NCBI GenBank assembly: GCA_026707815.1
Contig: JAPOWB010000003.1
Span: 131,380 to 195,379 of the forward strand
Origin: Candidatus Saccharimonadota bacterium
GTDB lineage: Bacteria > Patescibacteriota > Saccharimonadia > Saccharimonadales > VXPC01
DNA: 64,000 bases
Direction of reading: 5' to 3'
Shown here: positions 7,758 to 17,921 of the stretch, one piece after another
Numbering within the stretch: the stretch's first letter is position 1
Layout of the letters: the number at the start of each line of letters is the position of its first letter
Translations under genes and position numbers: made by a program
Notes under the pieces: generated by a model
Database searches by the model: none
Seen by the model: only the letters and a program-made list of their open reading frames with translations
Told to the model about the DNA's origin: nothing

Positions 7758-9305
7758 ATGAGTCGAGCAGTTATCTTAAAGAAACAAAGACTAGTTGCCA
7801 TTTTTAAGCTCTTGGTTCAATCTTATTATTTAAATCGTCGAGGCAAAAAAGATGCTATGTATAATTTGCTGGGCGATGAATTGCTGAAACTCGGTGGTGT
7901 CTACATTAAGTTTCTCCAAGGGGTTATTTTGCAAAGCTGGTCAATGCAACGTTGGCGAAGCGATAATAAGTTGGATATTTTTGAAGATGTCAGAAGTCCG
8001 AAATTAAATGCTCCCAAAATTTTAAAAAATAATTTAGGAGATAAGTTTGAACGATTGACTGATTTAAGTTCTAAGCCAATAGCTATTGGCTCATTCGGTC
8101 ATGTCTACTTAGCTAAATTAAATAAGAAAGATACCGTCATAGTTAAACTGCTATCTTCAGAGATTCGGAAAACTCTGAAGTTTGATTTGAGACTTTTGAA
8201 ATTCTTCTATCATTGGCATCTCAAAGCCATTAAATTCAACAAAGGCTTAAATGTTCGAGCAATCTTCAATGACTTTAAAAAACAAACTCTCCATGAAATT
8301 GATTACATTGCTGAAGCTGAATTTGCTGATGAGCAATATCACATTTATAAAGATCATCCCAAATTAGTTATCCCAAAGACTTATTTGGAATTATGTACTG
8401 ATGAAGTCATCATTCAAGATTATGTGAAAGGTCTGTCTGTGACTAAATTGTTGAAACTCAAGGAAAAAAAATCTGATTTAGATTTGAAAGATTATGTTAA
8501 AAAAGAGTTTCAAAGCGACTTAGTTAAACAACTTCAGATTTTAGCTTTCGAAATTCTTTGGGCAACATTTCATCAACCATCTGTGATGGGTGATCCCCAT
8601 CCTGGTAATGTTATTATCATGGATAACAATCAGATCGGCTTGATTGATTTCGGTATCAAAGCTCAAAGTTCTAAATACCCAGTTGCTTACTTAAAATTTA
8701 TTAAGGCATATAATCAATTGGATGAGAAAAATTTTAATTTAGAGGAATTCTTTGTTGCTAGTTTACAGTTTTTCGGACGAGATTTATATCTTGCCTTAGA
8801 TAAGCTTGGCAAACTGGTTCCCTCCAATGAAAAAACAGCTACTAATTTTAATCAAGAATTAGCTCGGATTATGCAAAGAGCTTTTGAGGCTGAATTTTCC
8901 AAAAAAGATATTAGCCATTTAATTAGTAGCCCCAAAGCTTTGGTAATTTTTGATCGTCTAGCTAATAAGAATAATCGTTTTGGTTTCAAGCTGACTGTCA
9001 GCGACAGTGAGATGCTCAGAACTTTGGTGACTTTAACTGGACTGATTGATCTGCTGAATTTATATTCAGAAGTCATGACACCAACTTATTTGAAGGTCAT
9101 CCGAAAAGTTGAAACAGAATATCCTGATTTAAAATCCTTAAACGAAACTGAGATTAGTTATAGCCAAGCTTTTAATATTGCCTTTGTCTGGCTAGAAAGA
9201 GTGGCTTCCCATGACCCAAGCTTATTCCAGGGCATGATGCAAAAACTCAGACAGCGTTCAAAAATTTTACAAAAAGAAATTAAGCAAGAAATTGCTGATA
9301 GTTAA
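7758..9305 (+). CDS. ABC1/UbiB-family atypical protein kinase
   Basis: GGVYIKFLQ..., IAIGSFGHVYLAKL, EVIIQDYVKG, GDPHPGNVII and IGLIDFG follow the ABC1/AarF kinase-like motif order. Confidence 0.75.
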   Translation: MSRAVILKKQRLVAIFKLLVQSYYLNRRGKKDAMYNLLGDELLKLGGVYIKFLQGVILQSWSMQRWRSDNKLDIFEDVRSPKLNAPKILKNNLGDKFERLTDLSSKPIAIGSFGHVYLAKLNKKDTVIVKLLSSEIRKTLKFDLRLLKFFYHWHLKAIKFNKGLNVRAIFNDFKKQTLHEIDYIAEAEFADEQYHIYKDHPKLVIPKTYLELCTDEVIIQDYVKGLSVTKLLKLKEKKSDLDLKDYVKKEFQSDLVKQLQILAFEILWATFHQPSVMGDPHPGNVIIMDNNQIGLIDFGIKAQSSKYPVAYLKFIKAYNQLDEKNFNLEEFFVASLQFFGRDLYLALDKLGKLVPSNEKTATNFNQELARIMQRAFEAEFSKKDISHLISSPKALVIFDRLANKNNRFGFKLTVSDSEMLRTLVTLTGLIDLLNLYSEVMTPTYLKVIRKVETEYPDLKSLNETEISYSQAFNIAFVWLERVASHDPSLFQGMMQKLRQRSKILQKEIKQEIADS

Positions 9306-9404
9306 ACTGCTACAAATCAAAAGATACAAAAAAACTCTCTCTGCTCTCTTACGAGATTTTACAAATGCTGCCTGCGAAATGGATGAAAAGTTAACCCTCT
9401 ATCC

Positions 9405-11705
9405 TTAGATCTTATTCTTCTTTCTGCGATTAGAAGAAACTGCAATAATTCCGATAATCACGGCAATAATAATGACCGTCATAATCACCCCAGTCATATC
9501 ATTATCATCATCTGTGGGCTTGGCTTCCTTATCCTCATTATTAGTAGATGAAGCGACTGCATCAGTTTCATCGATAATAATATTAGTGCCTTGATAGGAA
9601 ATTTTACCAGTAGCAGGATCAGTCACTCGAACACAAATACCATTCACAATCTCGCTAGCATTAATTACTCCTGAAGAATCTGCTTGGATTGGAGTAGCAT
9701 TTTCAAAAACTCCCTGATTACAGGGGATATCAGCATTGTTATGGGGGATGTATTCAAAATTTGACAGATCACTGCCATCAGATGAATTACCAAAAACTAA
9801 AAATTGATTTTCTTCAGCGTCGTAACTAACAGTTACCGTTGTTCCTAAATCAGAAGCTTGAGAATTAGTTGGCTGAATTGCAGTCTCACTTGGATTTGAA
9901 TCAACGCTCTCAACTTGAGAATTAGGGACGACTACTTCAGTAGTTGTTTCTTCTTCCTCATTGCTGGGAGCATCATCAATGTCGGCTGGTTGAGTTACCT
10001 CTCTATCATCACCATCAGTTGGGGTAGTCACTGGTGGAGTAGTTGGGGTCACATAGTTTAATTGAGCAATCTGAGATCTTTCATTGCCTCTATTGTCAGT
10101 GGCTTTGATGCAAATCCATCGACCATGTTCGGCTGATGTAGCAGTAATACTCACTTCAGCATCATTGTTTTTGTTATTGTAATTCTCTTTAAGAGAACAC
10201 TGATCATTTTGACTTGAAGCAAACTTCCAATCAACTGATTTAACTCCAGCAGTATCTTCAGCAGTAATCATCAGAGTGCTGCCTGAGACTTTCAAAGTCA
10301 TAGTTGGACTGGCACTATCTTCTACATATTCAATCCAAGCAGATGAAATCATGTTTTCACTATCACCTTCGTTACCTGATCCTTGCCAGCTAGTTATTGC
10401 TTCGCCCCTGTGATTGATACGCTCTACCAGTGTACCCACAAAACAGTATCTACTTCCGATATTTGCTTTGGATAAATCTATTTTCTGATTGTCAATAACT
10501 TTGACGCTTGTAATATCATTGGGATTTTTCTCCATGAACTCATAACAAGTATCATTGCCGGGATCCATTTCTGTCATATAAGCTCTCCATACTACTGGTG
10601 GTGATTCGAAAGCATCAAAGATGTCCAGTTTGCCGGGAATAGTTTTAACTATTAAAGTTTTATCATCTTCATAGGAAATACTTGTCTCGGGAGTTGGGTT
10701 TAAGATTACAGCATCATTAATCTCTATCGCTTCTGTCAAGATATTTTGTACACCTGCAGAAGAGTCATCCAAATCATTACTTAAATCTATTGAATTACCA
10801 AATTTATCTCTAATCATAAAATTGCTACCACCAATATAGTTCATACTAGCTGACCTCTCTAGCGAGTGGAAAAAGTTCGATATATCAAAGCGATATGTTG
10901 AAAAAGTAAGAGTTTGACCACGAGCTAATACTTGGTTGGCTGACAGCGTTGTTGGAAAACTTAAGTCCACATCAAGTTCAAGCACATAAGCCAAATTCTT
11001 TCTTAGAGTCCCTGGTTCAACCTTATTTTCTATATGAATACTAGGCATAAAACTGCGATCACTGTATCTCGCCGTTGTGCGGACTACAATTTCAACTTCT
11101 TCATCAAATTCAATTGAAAAACTAAATCTATCCCCAATATCGGTATAATCATATTTACCACTGATATCAACTTTCTGTTTGTTTTTCAATTTGGGTGGAG
11201 TTAAATCTATTCTAGTATCACTAACTAAGTAAACTGGATCGTAAAGAAGAGCAATCTCGGAAGTATCTCTATTATCCCTATAGACTGCTTCAAAACAAGC
11301 ATATTTATCACTAAAATCTAGAGTTGACTGATTGTCTGTTGTATCAGCATCAATAGTCATCGGTTGAGTAGTTCTTCTGCTAACATTGACTCCAGAGGCA
11401 ATATCAGTAGCATCTGATGCTATGGCATCTTCATCACAATCATCCCTCTCATCAACGGCAGCCACTTTAACGGTGGCTACCCTATGTTCGAGAGGAGATC
11501 TAATTTTAGCCACCAAGATGTTGCCAGTGCCTCTCGAAATATCTTGGATGGAACCACTAGGATGAGCATCGTCGTCGTGAGCTTTGACTAAATTGAGGGG
11601 GGGGGTAATCCCAGAAACGATTAATAGACCAACCAACCCTAGCAGAATAGATGACAAGACCGCCCGCTTTTTATTTACTAAATTTAATATATTTTTTTCA
11701 CGCAT
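9405..11705 (-). CDS. Surface protein with N-terminal signal/anchor, two-cysteine W...C...C modules, acidic Thr/Pro stalk and C-terminal TM anchor
   Basis: N-terminal hydrophobic LSSILLGLVGLLIVSG and C-terminal VIMTVIIIAVIIGIIAVSSNRRKKNKI. Modules such as VDWKFASSQNDQCSL...HGRWICIKATDNRGNE and FEYIPHNNADIPCNQ...NGICVRVTDPATG resemble the repeats of CDS 27709-31815. Confidence 0.8.
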   Translation of the reverse strand: MREKNILNLVNKKRAVLSSILLGLVGLLIVSGITPPLNLVKAHDDDAHPSGSIQDISRGTGNILVAKIRSPLEHRVATVKVAAVDERDDCDEDAIASDATDIASGVNVSRRTTQPMTIDADTTDNQSTLDFSDKYACFEAVYRDNRDTSEIALLYDPVYLVSDTRIDLTPPKLKNKQKVDISGKYDYTDIGDRFSFSIEFDEEVEIVVRTTARYSDRSFMPSIHIENKVEPGTLRKNLAYVLELDVDLSFPTTLSANQVLARGQTLTFSTYRFDISNFFHSLERSASMNYIGGSNFMIRDKFGNSIDLSNDLDDSSAGVQNILTEAIEINDAVILNPTPETSISYEDDKTLIVKTIPGKLDIFDAFESPPVVWRAYMTEMDPGNDTCYEFMEKNPNDITSVKVIDNQKIDLSKANIGSRYCFVGTLVERINHRGEAITSWQGSGNEGDSENMISSAWIEYVEDSASPTMTLKVSGSTLMITAEDTAGVKSVDWKFASSQNDQCSLKENYNNKNNDAEVSITATSAEHGRWICIKATDNRGNERSQIAQLNYVTPTTPPVTTPTDGDDREVTQPADIDDAPSNEEEETTTEVVVPNSQVESVDSNPSETAIQPTNSQASDLGTTVTVSYDAEENQFLVFGNSSDGSDLSNFEYIPHNNADIPCNQGVFENATPIQADSSGVINASEIVNGICVRVTDPATGKISYQGTNIIIDETDAVASSTNNEDKEAKPTDDDNDMTGVIMTVIIIAVIIGIIAVSSNRRKKNKI
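11597..11605 (-). repeat. C9 (coding-strand) homopolymer inside the 5' end of CDS 9405-11705
   Basis: att acc ccc ccc ctc encodes ITPPL, just after the signal/anchor segment. Confidence 0.95.
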
Positions 11706-11743
11706 ACTGAAAACATATTAGCACAATCTTGCAAGATTCTAAT

Positions 11744-11753
11744 CCCCCCCCCC
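11744..11753 (-). repeat. G10 (gene-strand) homopolymer 39 nt upstream of the start of CDS 9405-11705
   Basis: Ten consecutive C on the plus strand. On the gene strand the tract abuts a weak -35 (ATTAGA), then 17 nt, TAATAT, 9 nt and ATG. Confidence 0.9.
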
Positions 11754-11877
11754 TTCTCTCTTAATAGACTATACATTTTGTATTAATTTTATTAATTAAT
11801 TTGCTTACAAAGGATTGTTTAATTTGGCTGGGATTGTTATATAATTGGATTATATAAATTGAGAATGTAAGCATTCT

Positions 11878-12066
11878 ATGTTGAGAGATTTTTTACTATT
11901 TATAAAATATCCATACACTGCTGGGATTATTGCCATTATTTGGTTGGGGTCAGCTTGTTTTTTGGCTTTATCCGATAATATTGATTTAATTCAAGTTGTC
12001 ATCGTTGATCTTTTAACAACTGTTATTATTGCTATTTTTGGCTTCAAAGATAAAAAAGAAATCTAA
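11878..12066 (+). CDS. Small two-TM membrane protein (62 aa)
   Basis: Two hydrophobic helices (AGIIAIIWLGSACFLAL and LLTTVIIAIFGF); no known family. Confidence 0.4.
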   Translation: MLRDFLLFIKYPYTAGIIAIIWLGSACFLALSDNIDLIQVVIVDLLTTVIIAIFGFKDKKEI

Positions 12067-12115
12067 GTTTAAGTCAATTAGCACTTTAAAGAATATTCCA
12101 AAGCTTACAAGCCTA

Positions 12116-12280
12116 GGACTGCCCTCTTTACCATCAAGAGATAAACCAACCTCTGAGAGAACACTACAAGCACTAGTTAATGGATTCCTTGAGAATCTAG
12201 GTATCTTAGGTAAATCTGCCCACACATTCCGTCATTTGGCCATCATGAAGCTGGCTAAGACTAAAGATGCAGCCTTAGAT
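12116..12280 (+). pseudogene. Tyrosine-recombinase (phage integrase) catalytic-domain remnant
   Basis: The central part of tracked ORF 12029-12427 reads SERTLQALVNGFLENLGILGKSAHTFRHLAIMKLAKTKDA. The HxFRH box parallels LYRLVKSLLKELNIDKDIHSFRHFFVTQLIDNG at 21392-21625. No N-terminal domain and no catalytic Tyr region. Confidence 0.5.
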
Positions 12281-12363
12281 AATTGTAGTTATGTGCAACC
12301 TTCTTGGTCGGCTTTTTGCTGCAAGCTGACAGAAAAAATAGCATTAAAATTTATGAATAAAAA

Positions 12364-13869
12364 CTACTTAGCATATTCAATAGCTCGGGTCTCCCGAATA
12401 ACTGTCACCTTAATTGTCCCCGGATAATTCATCATTGACTCAATTTTCAAAGCAATATCTCGAGCTACTTGAAGACTTTGCAGATCATCTAGGTCGCTGG
12501 GTTTAACAAATACCCTCATTTCGCGTCCAGCTGAAATAGCATAAGATTTTTCAATACCCTTGAAACTGTTGGCAATATTTTCTAAAGTTTTCATCCTTTC
12601 AACAAAGTTTTCAGCTGAAATATTGCGAGCTCCCGGTCGGGCAGCTGAAACAGCATCAACAACTCGAATAACTAGAGCTTCAATAGTTGTCGCTTCAATG
12701 TCGTCATGGTGAGCTTCAGCAGCATGAGCCACCTTTTCATCAACGCCATATTTACGCAGCATTTCACCACTTAGATGATGGTGCTTGCCTTCCATTTTGT
12801 GAGTCAGAGCTTTGCCTAAATCATGAACTAAAGCGGCATATTTACAAATGGCTGTATCGGCTCCAATTTGTTCAGATAAAACCCCAGCTAAATGAGCCAT
12901 TTCAACCGAATGTTTTAAAACATTCTGACCATAGCTAGTTCGAAACTTCAGCTCACCCAAAAGCTGCAAAATAGTCGGTGGAATACCAATAACTCCAATC
13001 TCTCGAGCCGCAGTTTCAGCTGCTTGAACAACTTCTTTTTGGACTTGCTTTTGAGCTTTTTCTAAAAGCTCTTCAATTCGAGCCGGATGAATCCGACCGT
13101 CCTTAATTAACATCTCCAATGTCTGACGAGCAACTTCTCGTCTTACAGGATCAAAGCAACTCAAGACAATAACTCCGGGAGAATCATCAACCAATATGTC
13201 AACCCCCGTTATTTTCTGCAAAGTTTGAATATTACGCCCCTCTTTACCAATAATTCGACCTTTGATATCTTCTGAATCAATCTTGACAGTTGTAATAGTT
13301 CTTTCAGCCGTTGTCTCAGAAGCTAATCTCTCCATGGCGGAAATTAAAATAGCCCGAGCATTGTCTTCAGCTTCAGCCTTAGCCTCAGTTTGAAGTTTAG
13401 CAATCAAGTCTTTTAAATCAGCTTGGGTGTTTTTTTCGACCATCTGATAAAGCTTATCAGCTGCTTCTTTTTTAGTCAGTTTGGCAATCTTTGCCAACTT
13501 TTCCTCTTGTTGCTGACGAATCTCATAGATTTTATCTTTGGCTTGATTTAAATCCTCAACTTCCTGTCGATGACTTTCTTGACTTTGATCAAATTTTTCT
13601 TGTTTGTCATCAAGTTTTTTTTCTCGGGCTTCTAAACGATCTGAAAATTGATTGAGTTCTTGACGACGCTTATCAATATCTGATTGAGCTTTGTCTAGAT
13701 TTGATTGAGCTTCGCTACGAGCTTCTTTGAGAATTTTGTCAGCTTGCTGACGGGTTTTTTCTAGTTGTTTTTGGTGATCTGCTTGACGAGTTTTATTTTT
13801 AAATTGAGTTAAACCGAAGCCTGTACCGGCTCCAATAATAATGGCTACGATTATCCAAAGTATTGGCAT
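12364..13869 (-). CDS. rny: Ribonuclease Y
   Basis: N-terminal TM helix, long coiled-coil, KH domain (IKGRIIGKEGRNIQ) and HD domain (HSVEMAHLAG...VHDLGK). Confidence 0.9.
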   Translation of the reverse strand: MPILWIIVAIIIGAGTGFGLTQFKNKTRQADHQKQLEKTRQQADKILKEARSEAQSNLDKAQSDIDKRRQELNQFSDRLEAREKKLDDKQEKFDQSQESHRQEVEDLNQAKDKIYEIRQQQEEKLAKIAKLTKKEAADKLYQMVEKNTQADLKDLIAKLQTEAKAEAEDNARAILISAMERLASETTAERTITTVKIDSEDIKGRIIGKEGRNIQTLQKITGVDILVDDSPGVIVLSCFDPVRREVARQTLEMLIKDGRIHPARIEELLEKAQKQVQKEVVQAAETAAREIGVIGIPPTILQLLGELKFRTSYGQNVLKHSVEMAHLAGVLSEQIGADTAICKYAALVHDLGKALTHKMEGKHHHLSGEMLRKYGVDEKVAHAAEAHHDDIEATTIEALVIRVVDAVSAARPGARNISAENFVERMKTLENIANSFKGIEKSYAISAGREMRVFVKPSDLDDLQSLQVARDIALKIESMMNYPGTIKVTVIRETRAIEYAK

Positions 13870-14195
13870 ATCTTAAACCTCCTTTAAAGGTGTCTCCTAT
13901 GATTAAAATTTATAAATTTTTAAATCTTTTAAAAAGATTAAGGCTTTTAACTTTAAGCTTAATTATGCAAGACTAGAGACAGTATTGAAACTGATATCTT
14001 GTAATAAATTAACAATTCATATTTATTATTAAACTAATAACTTGAAAAGGATAAACTCAGCTTTTTACCAGTCAAAGTTTTAACGGTCACTTAAAGTATG
14101 TCTCAGACTAATCAGGTATATACAGTCTAATCGCCTAGTTTTCATTGTAACATAGTTTTAGTACTGAATAAATATATTGTTTTTGGGTAGAGAGA

Positions 14196-14606
14196 TTACT
14201 TCTTGGGCTTAGTAATTGTTGGCAAGCGACCATAAAAAGGTTTAATAATTTTAAAATTTTGACCTTGTCTTAAGGCTTTAAAACATTGTTCTTGCCAAGT
14301 CTTGGTTTGAGCGTTAGTAATCGGAATCTGTAAGCTATATGCCAAAGTATTGGCGATAACATGAGTAACTCTCAAATCAGTAAAGCCAGCTGGACCAGCA
14401 AAAACCCCCAAACCCCTCAAATCAGATAAAGCCAGGTTATTAGATTTCAAAAAGATAACAATTTGTTTTAGGAGAGTTTCAGCTAAATCTTGATTAGTCG
14501 TCCAGATTAATTGATCAACTATCTTAAAGTTGGCTGAAGTAGAAATAAGATAAAGACCGGCTTGATACTGGGGATTGCTTTCAATAAATAAATACATAAT
14601 CTTCAA
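14196..14606 (-). CDS. tsaB: tRNA t6A biosynthesis protein TsaB-like (short form)
   Basis: GVFAGPAGFTDLRVTHVIANTLAYSLQIPI matches the TsaB/YeaZ GPGSFTGLR core. Sits downstream of tsaE. Start may be ATG at 14597. Confidence 0.6.
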   Translation of the reverse strand: MKIMYLFIESNPQYQAGLYLISTSANFKIVDQLIWTTNQDLAETLLKQIVIFLKSNNLALSDLRGLGVFAGPAGFTDLRVTHVIANTLAYSLQIPITNAQTKTWQEQCFKALRQGQNFKIIKPFYGRLPTITKPKK

Positions 14607-15076
14607 GCAACAGCTAGGTATTTTAAAGATGGGGGGATAGTCATATGCAGATCTCTTTGATTGGGGTCATTGCCTTGCCACCGAGGTTTAATGTTAATAA
14701 CCAGTCTTTTATTGGGCAATACATTTTTAACAATCCTAGACCATTCAACGATAACTAAAGCTTTGGGATTGGCTAAAGCTTCAGCTAATTCATATTGGCA
14801 GACTCCTGGCTCTTCTAATCGATAAAAATCAAAATGATGAATATTAAAATCAGGGCAACGATAAATATTTTCAATTGTAAAAGATGGACTGCAGACTGGA
14901 TCTTGACTTTTGAGAAATTTAGCTAAGAAACGAACGAAAGTCGTTTTGCCTCCACCTAAGTCACTGATTAATTCAAGGGTTTCCGAACCTTGTAACTGAT
15001 TAGCTAGATTTTTAGTAAAATCCTCTAAATCTTGGAGATTGCTAATGTGATGATTAACTTGGATGTGAGACGCCAT
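14603..15076 (-). CDS. tsaE: tRNA t6A biosynthesis ATPase TsaE
   Basis: Walker A-like LISDLGGGKTTFVRFL, SPSFTI and HFDFYRL motifs. TGA stop. Confidence 0.8.
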   Translation of the reverse strand: MASHIQVNHHISNLQDLEDFTKNLANQLQGSETLELISDLGGGKTTFVRFLAKFLKSQDPVCSPSFTIENIYRCPDFNIHHFDFYRLEEPGVCQYELAEALANPKALVIVEWSRIVKNVLPNKRLVINIKPRWQGNDPNQRDLHMTIPPSLKYLAVA

Positions 15077-15156
15077 ACTTTTATTGCCTAACTTTGCAAA
15101 CTAAGATTTATCATATAAATTATATTATCAATGACCACTTAAATTAAAAATAAGGA

Positions 15157-15687
15157 ATGCTCTACCTAGCTAATCAATTTTTGCAATGCCAAGTCATCAG
15201 TTTGGAAACTCTCAAAATAATTGGACATATTAATGGTATTTTAGTTGATCCTTATCGGTTTGAAGTGGCTGGTTTTTGGATTCAGCCTTATACTAAAAAT
15301 TATAAGCATTGGCCTGTTTTACTCAGACAAAGCATGCGTCAATTTGACGATCAAAAAGTCTATGTTAATAGCATTCACGAATTAAATTCACCTCTTGATT
15401 TACCAAAATTAAAGCAAATCTTGGAAGAAGATTATCAAATTCCGGATAAAAAAATTATTTCCACCGATCAAAAAACTTTAGGAATTGCCGAAAATTTCAG
15501 TTTTCATTCCGAAAGCTTTAAAATCATGCACGTTATTATGAAGCCCCCAATTCATCGCAGATTATCCAAATCTCGGCAACAATTTGAACGTCGTCAAATT
15601 GAAAAAATTACTCCGAAAATCATCGAAGTCAATATTAATCCCAAAAAACAAAGACTTCAATCTATTCCAACTAAATTAATCTCTTAA
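15157..15687 (+). CDS. Hypothetical protein, possibly PRC-barrel-like N-terminus
   Basis: ORF only, with weak resemblance (VISLETLKIIGHINGILVDP). Confidence 0.3.
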   Translation: MLYLANQFLQCQVISLETLKIIGHINGILVDPYRFEVAGFWIQPYTKNYKHWPVLLRQSMRQFDDQKVYVNSIHELNSPLDLPKLKQILEEDYQIPDKKIISTDQKTLGIAENFSFHSESFKIMHVIMKPPIHRRLSKSRQQFERRQIEKITPKIIEVNINPKKQRLQSIPTKLIS

Positions 15688-15700
15688 ACTAAATAAATTT

Positions 15701-16753
15701 TTATTGCTGCTGATCCTTAGTCCTTAAGGTCTCTTCCAAGGCATCTAAGACTTTGGTTTGTTCTTGCAAAAATTCTTTGGCAGCTTCTCGACCTTGGGCA
15801 ATTTTATCACCCTGATAGGTGTACCAAGAGCCAGATTTCTCAACTAAGTGATTTTCAACAGCTAAATCTAAGATATCTCCAGCTCGACTAATGCCTTCGT
15901 TATACATAATATCGAATTCTGCCCATCGGAATGGGGGGGCGACCTTGTTTTTAACGACTTTAACCTTAACTCGATTGCCAATGATATTATCACTTAATTT
16001 AATTTGTCCAATCCGACGAATATCCATCCGAATACTCGAATAAAATTTCAAAGCATTACCTCCAGTCGTCGTTTCAGGACTGCCAAAGAAAACCCCTATT
16101 TTCATCCTCAGCTGATTAATGAAGATAACTGTTGCTCGAGATTTGGAAACAATACCAGTTAATTTTCTCAGAGCCTTAGACATCAAGCGAGCCTGAAGAC
16201 CAACCTGCATATCCTCCATATTGCCCTCAATTTCTTCTTTGGGAGTTAAAGCAGCTACTGAGTCAACAATAACTAAATCAACGGCTCCGGAGCCGACTAA
16301 AGTTTCAACAATGCCTAGGGCTTGTTGACCATGATCAGGTTGACTGAGAATTAAATCAGAAGTTTTGACTCCAATACGTTCGGCATAAGCTGGATCTAGG
16401 GCATGTTCGGCATCAACAAAAGCGGTTGTTTTACCAAGTTTCTGAGCTTCGGCAATAATATGTAAAGTCAAAGTTGTTTTACCAGAACTCTCAGGACCAT
16501 AGATCTCGACAATTCGTCCATAGGGTATGCCTCCACCTAAGGCTAAATCTAGACTTAAAGCTCCAGTCTTGATACTTTCAACTGCTCCAGCTTTAGATGC
16601 CCCCAACTGCATAATACTACCCTTACCATAAAGTTTTTCAATCTTCTCTAAGACTGCTTTCACCTCAGGCTTTGAGGTGCTAGTATCACTTTCAGAAATT
16701 TTGGCAATCTTAGTTTTGGGCTTGGGCTTTGAAGATGTAGGCTTAGTCGGCAT
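15701..16753 (-). CDS. recA: Recombinase RecA
   Basis: [15 protein letters not shown] Walker [19 protein letters not shown] and [11 protein letters not shown]. Confidence 0.95.
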   Translation of the reverse strand: MPTKPTSSKPKPKTKIAKISESDTSTSKPEVKAVLEKIEKLYGKGSIMQLGASKAGAVESIKTGALSLDLALGGGIPYGRIVEIYGPESSGKTTLTLHIIAEAQKLGKTTAFVDAEHALDPAYAERIGVKTSDLILSQPDHGQQALGIVETLVGSGAVDLVIVDSVAALTPKEEIEGNMEDMQVGLQARLMSKALRKLTGIVSKSRATVIFINQLRMKIGVFFGSPETTTGGNALKFYSSIRMDIRRIGQIKLSDNIIGNRVKVKVVKNKVAPPFRWAEFDIMYNEGISRAGDILDLAVENHLVEKSGSWYTYQGDKIAQGREAAKEFLQEQTKVLDALEETLRTKDQQQ

Positions 16754-16919
16754 GATAATAACGTTATATATCCAGTATACATGACTCCTAAATCTAAACC
16801 TAAGAGATTAGTTTAAACCGCAAACCTCTGATTCCCTTGTTGACAAAACTGCTTATTGTAATTATTATGAAAGATTAGATATAGTAATACAAAGATAAAA
16901 AGGAGTTAATTTTAAAAAA

Positions 16920-17651
16920 ATGATTAAGTCAATCAAATTCATCAATCAATCCACTAAGACTTTTAGGCGTGTTCTGAGCATTGCTTTAGTGGTCGCCCTC
17001 GGTTGGTTTGCCTTCAATATAATTAGCCAAACAGCTCATTCGGAGACAGCCCCAACTATAGGGATTAATGTCTCACAAGAAGATTTAAGTTTAGATGAAA
17101 CTGAAACTACAGGGACTTTAACTTTAGTAGCAAGACCTCAATCCGATCAAACTTTAAGTGCCTCTTCTTTGGAATGGAGACGAACCAGTCCAGTTGCTAG
17201 TGGGGATGACAGTACAACAACTGTTAACTGTCAAAACGCTTTTAATGAAGATAGCAATATCGATACAATAGATACTCAAGTTGAAGTAGAAAATGGTCAA
17301 TCCGTCTACAAATTTGAAATCGCAGATATTGATGTCAAGTGGGGGCATAAATTCTGTTTAAGAGTTGAAGATGCTGAGAAGAATATCTATGGGGGAGCGG
17401 AAATCACTCTTGTAAAAACTGCTGACTCCAATTCAAATCCTCCTGCTACACCACCACAACCAGCTGGTGAAACTGAAAGTGATAGCACTGGCGGAGAACC
17501 ACAGGAAGAAGAAGCTGAACCAGCATTACCTGAAACTGGTTTAACTACTACTGAATATAGTGTTCTATTATTTACAGCTATTAGCAGTTCTTTGGCTTGC
17601 TTATTGATTTGGAATGCGATTCGATCTAGTGGTCGACATCTCCAAAACTAA
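16920..17651 (+). CDS. LPXTG (sortase)-anchored surface protein carrying one two-cysteine W...C...C module
   Basis: N-terminal signal/TM. Module is LEWRRTSPVASGDDSTTTVNCQ...WGHKFCLRVEDAEKN, followed by an acidic Pro-rich stalk. C-terminal sorting signal is LPETG plus hydrophobic stretch plus RSSGRHLQN. Confidence 0.8.
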   Translation: MIKSIKFINQSTKTFRRVLSIALVVALGWFAFNIISQTAHSETAPTIGINVSQEDLSLDETETTGTLTLVARPQSDQTLSASSLEWRRTSPVASGDDSTTTVNCQNAFNEDSNIDTIDTQVEVENGQSVYKFEIADIDVKWGHKFCLRVEDAEKNIYGGAEITLVKTADSNSNPPATPPQPAGETESDSTGGEPQEEEAEPALPETGLTTTEYSVLLFTAISSSLACLLIWNAIRSSGRHLQN

Positions 17652-17921
17652 AGTAAAGCAATTGTAAGAGAATTTTAAATTCTTATCTTCTCTAAAGAGA
17701 AAGGAATTCTATTCATGCAGGATTTTAGGGAATCAATTTCTGTTTGTTTGATTTTAAAGATTAGATTTACTATACTGTAGAGGATTGTTTTACATATCAT
17801 ATTTTTATTTTTGATGATTTACCTGAAGTCTTTGAAGTCCGACTTGAAAGATTGTTGTCTCTCTTTTTGTTGTTGTGATGTTTGTTGTTTTACTAACACA
17901 CAATCTTAATCCAAAGAAATT

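Noticed and set aside
12029-12427. 132-aa tracked ORF as a real gene
   Set aside because: Only its central ~55 codons look like anything (an integrase box). Its 3' end is antisense to the conserved rny C-terminus and its 5' end overlaps CDS 11878-12066.
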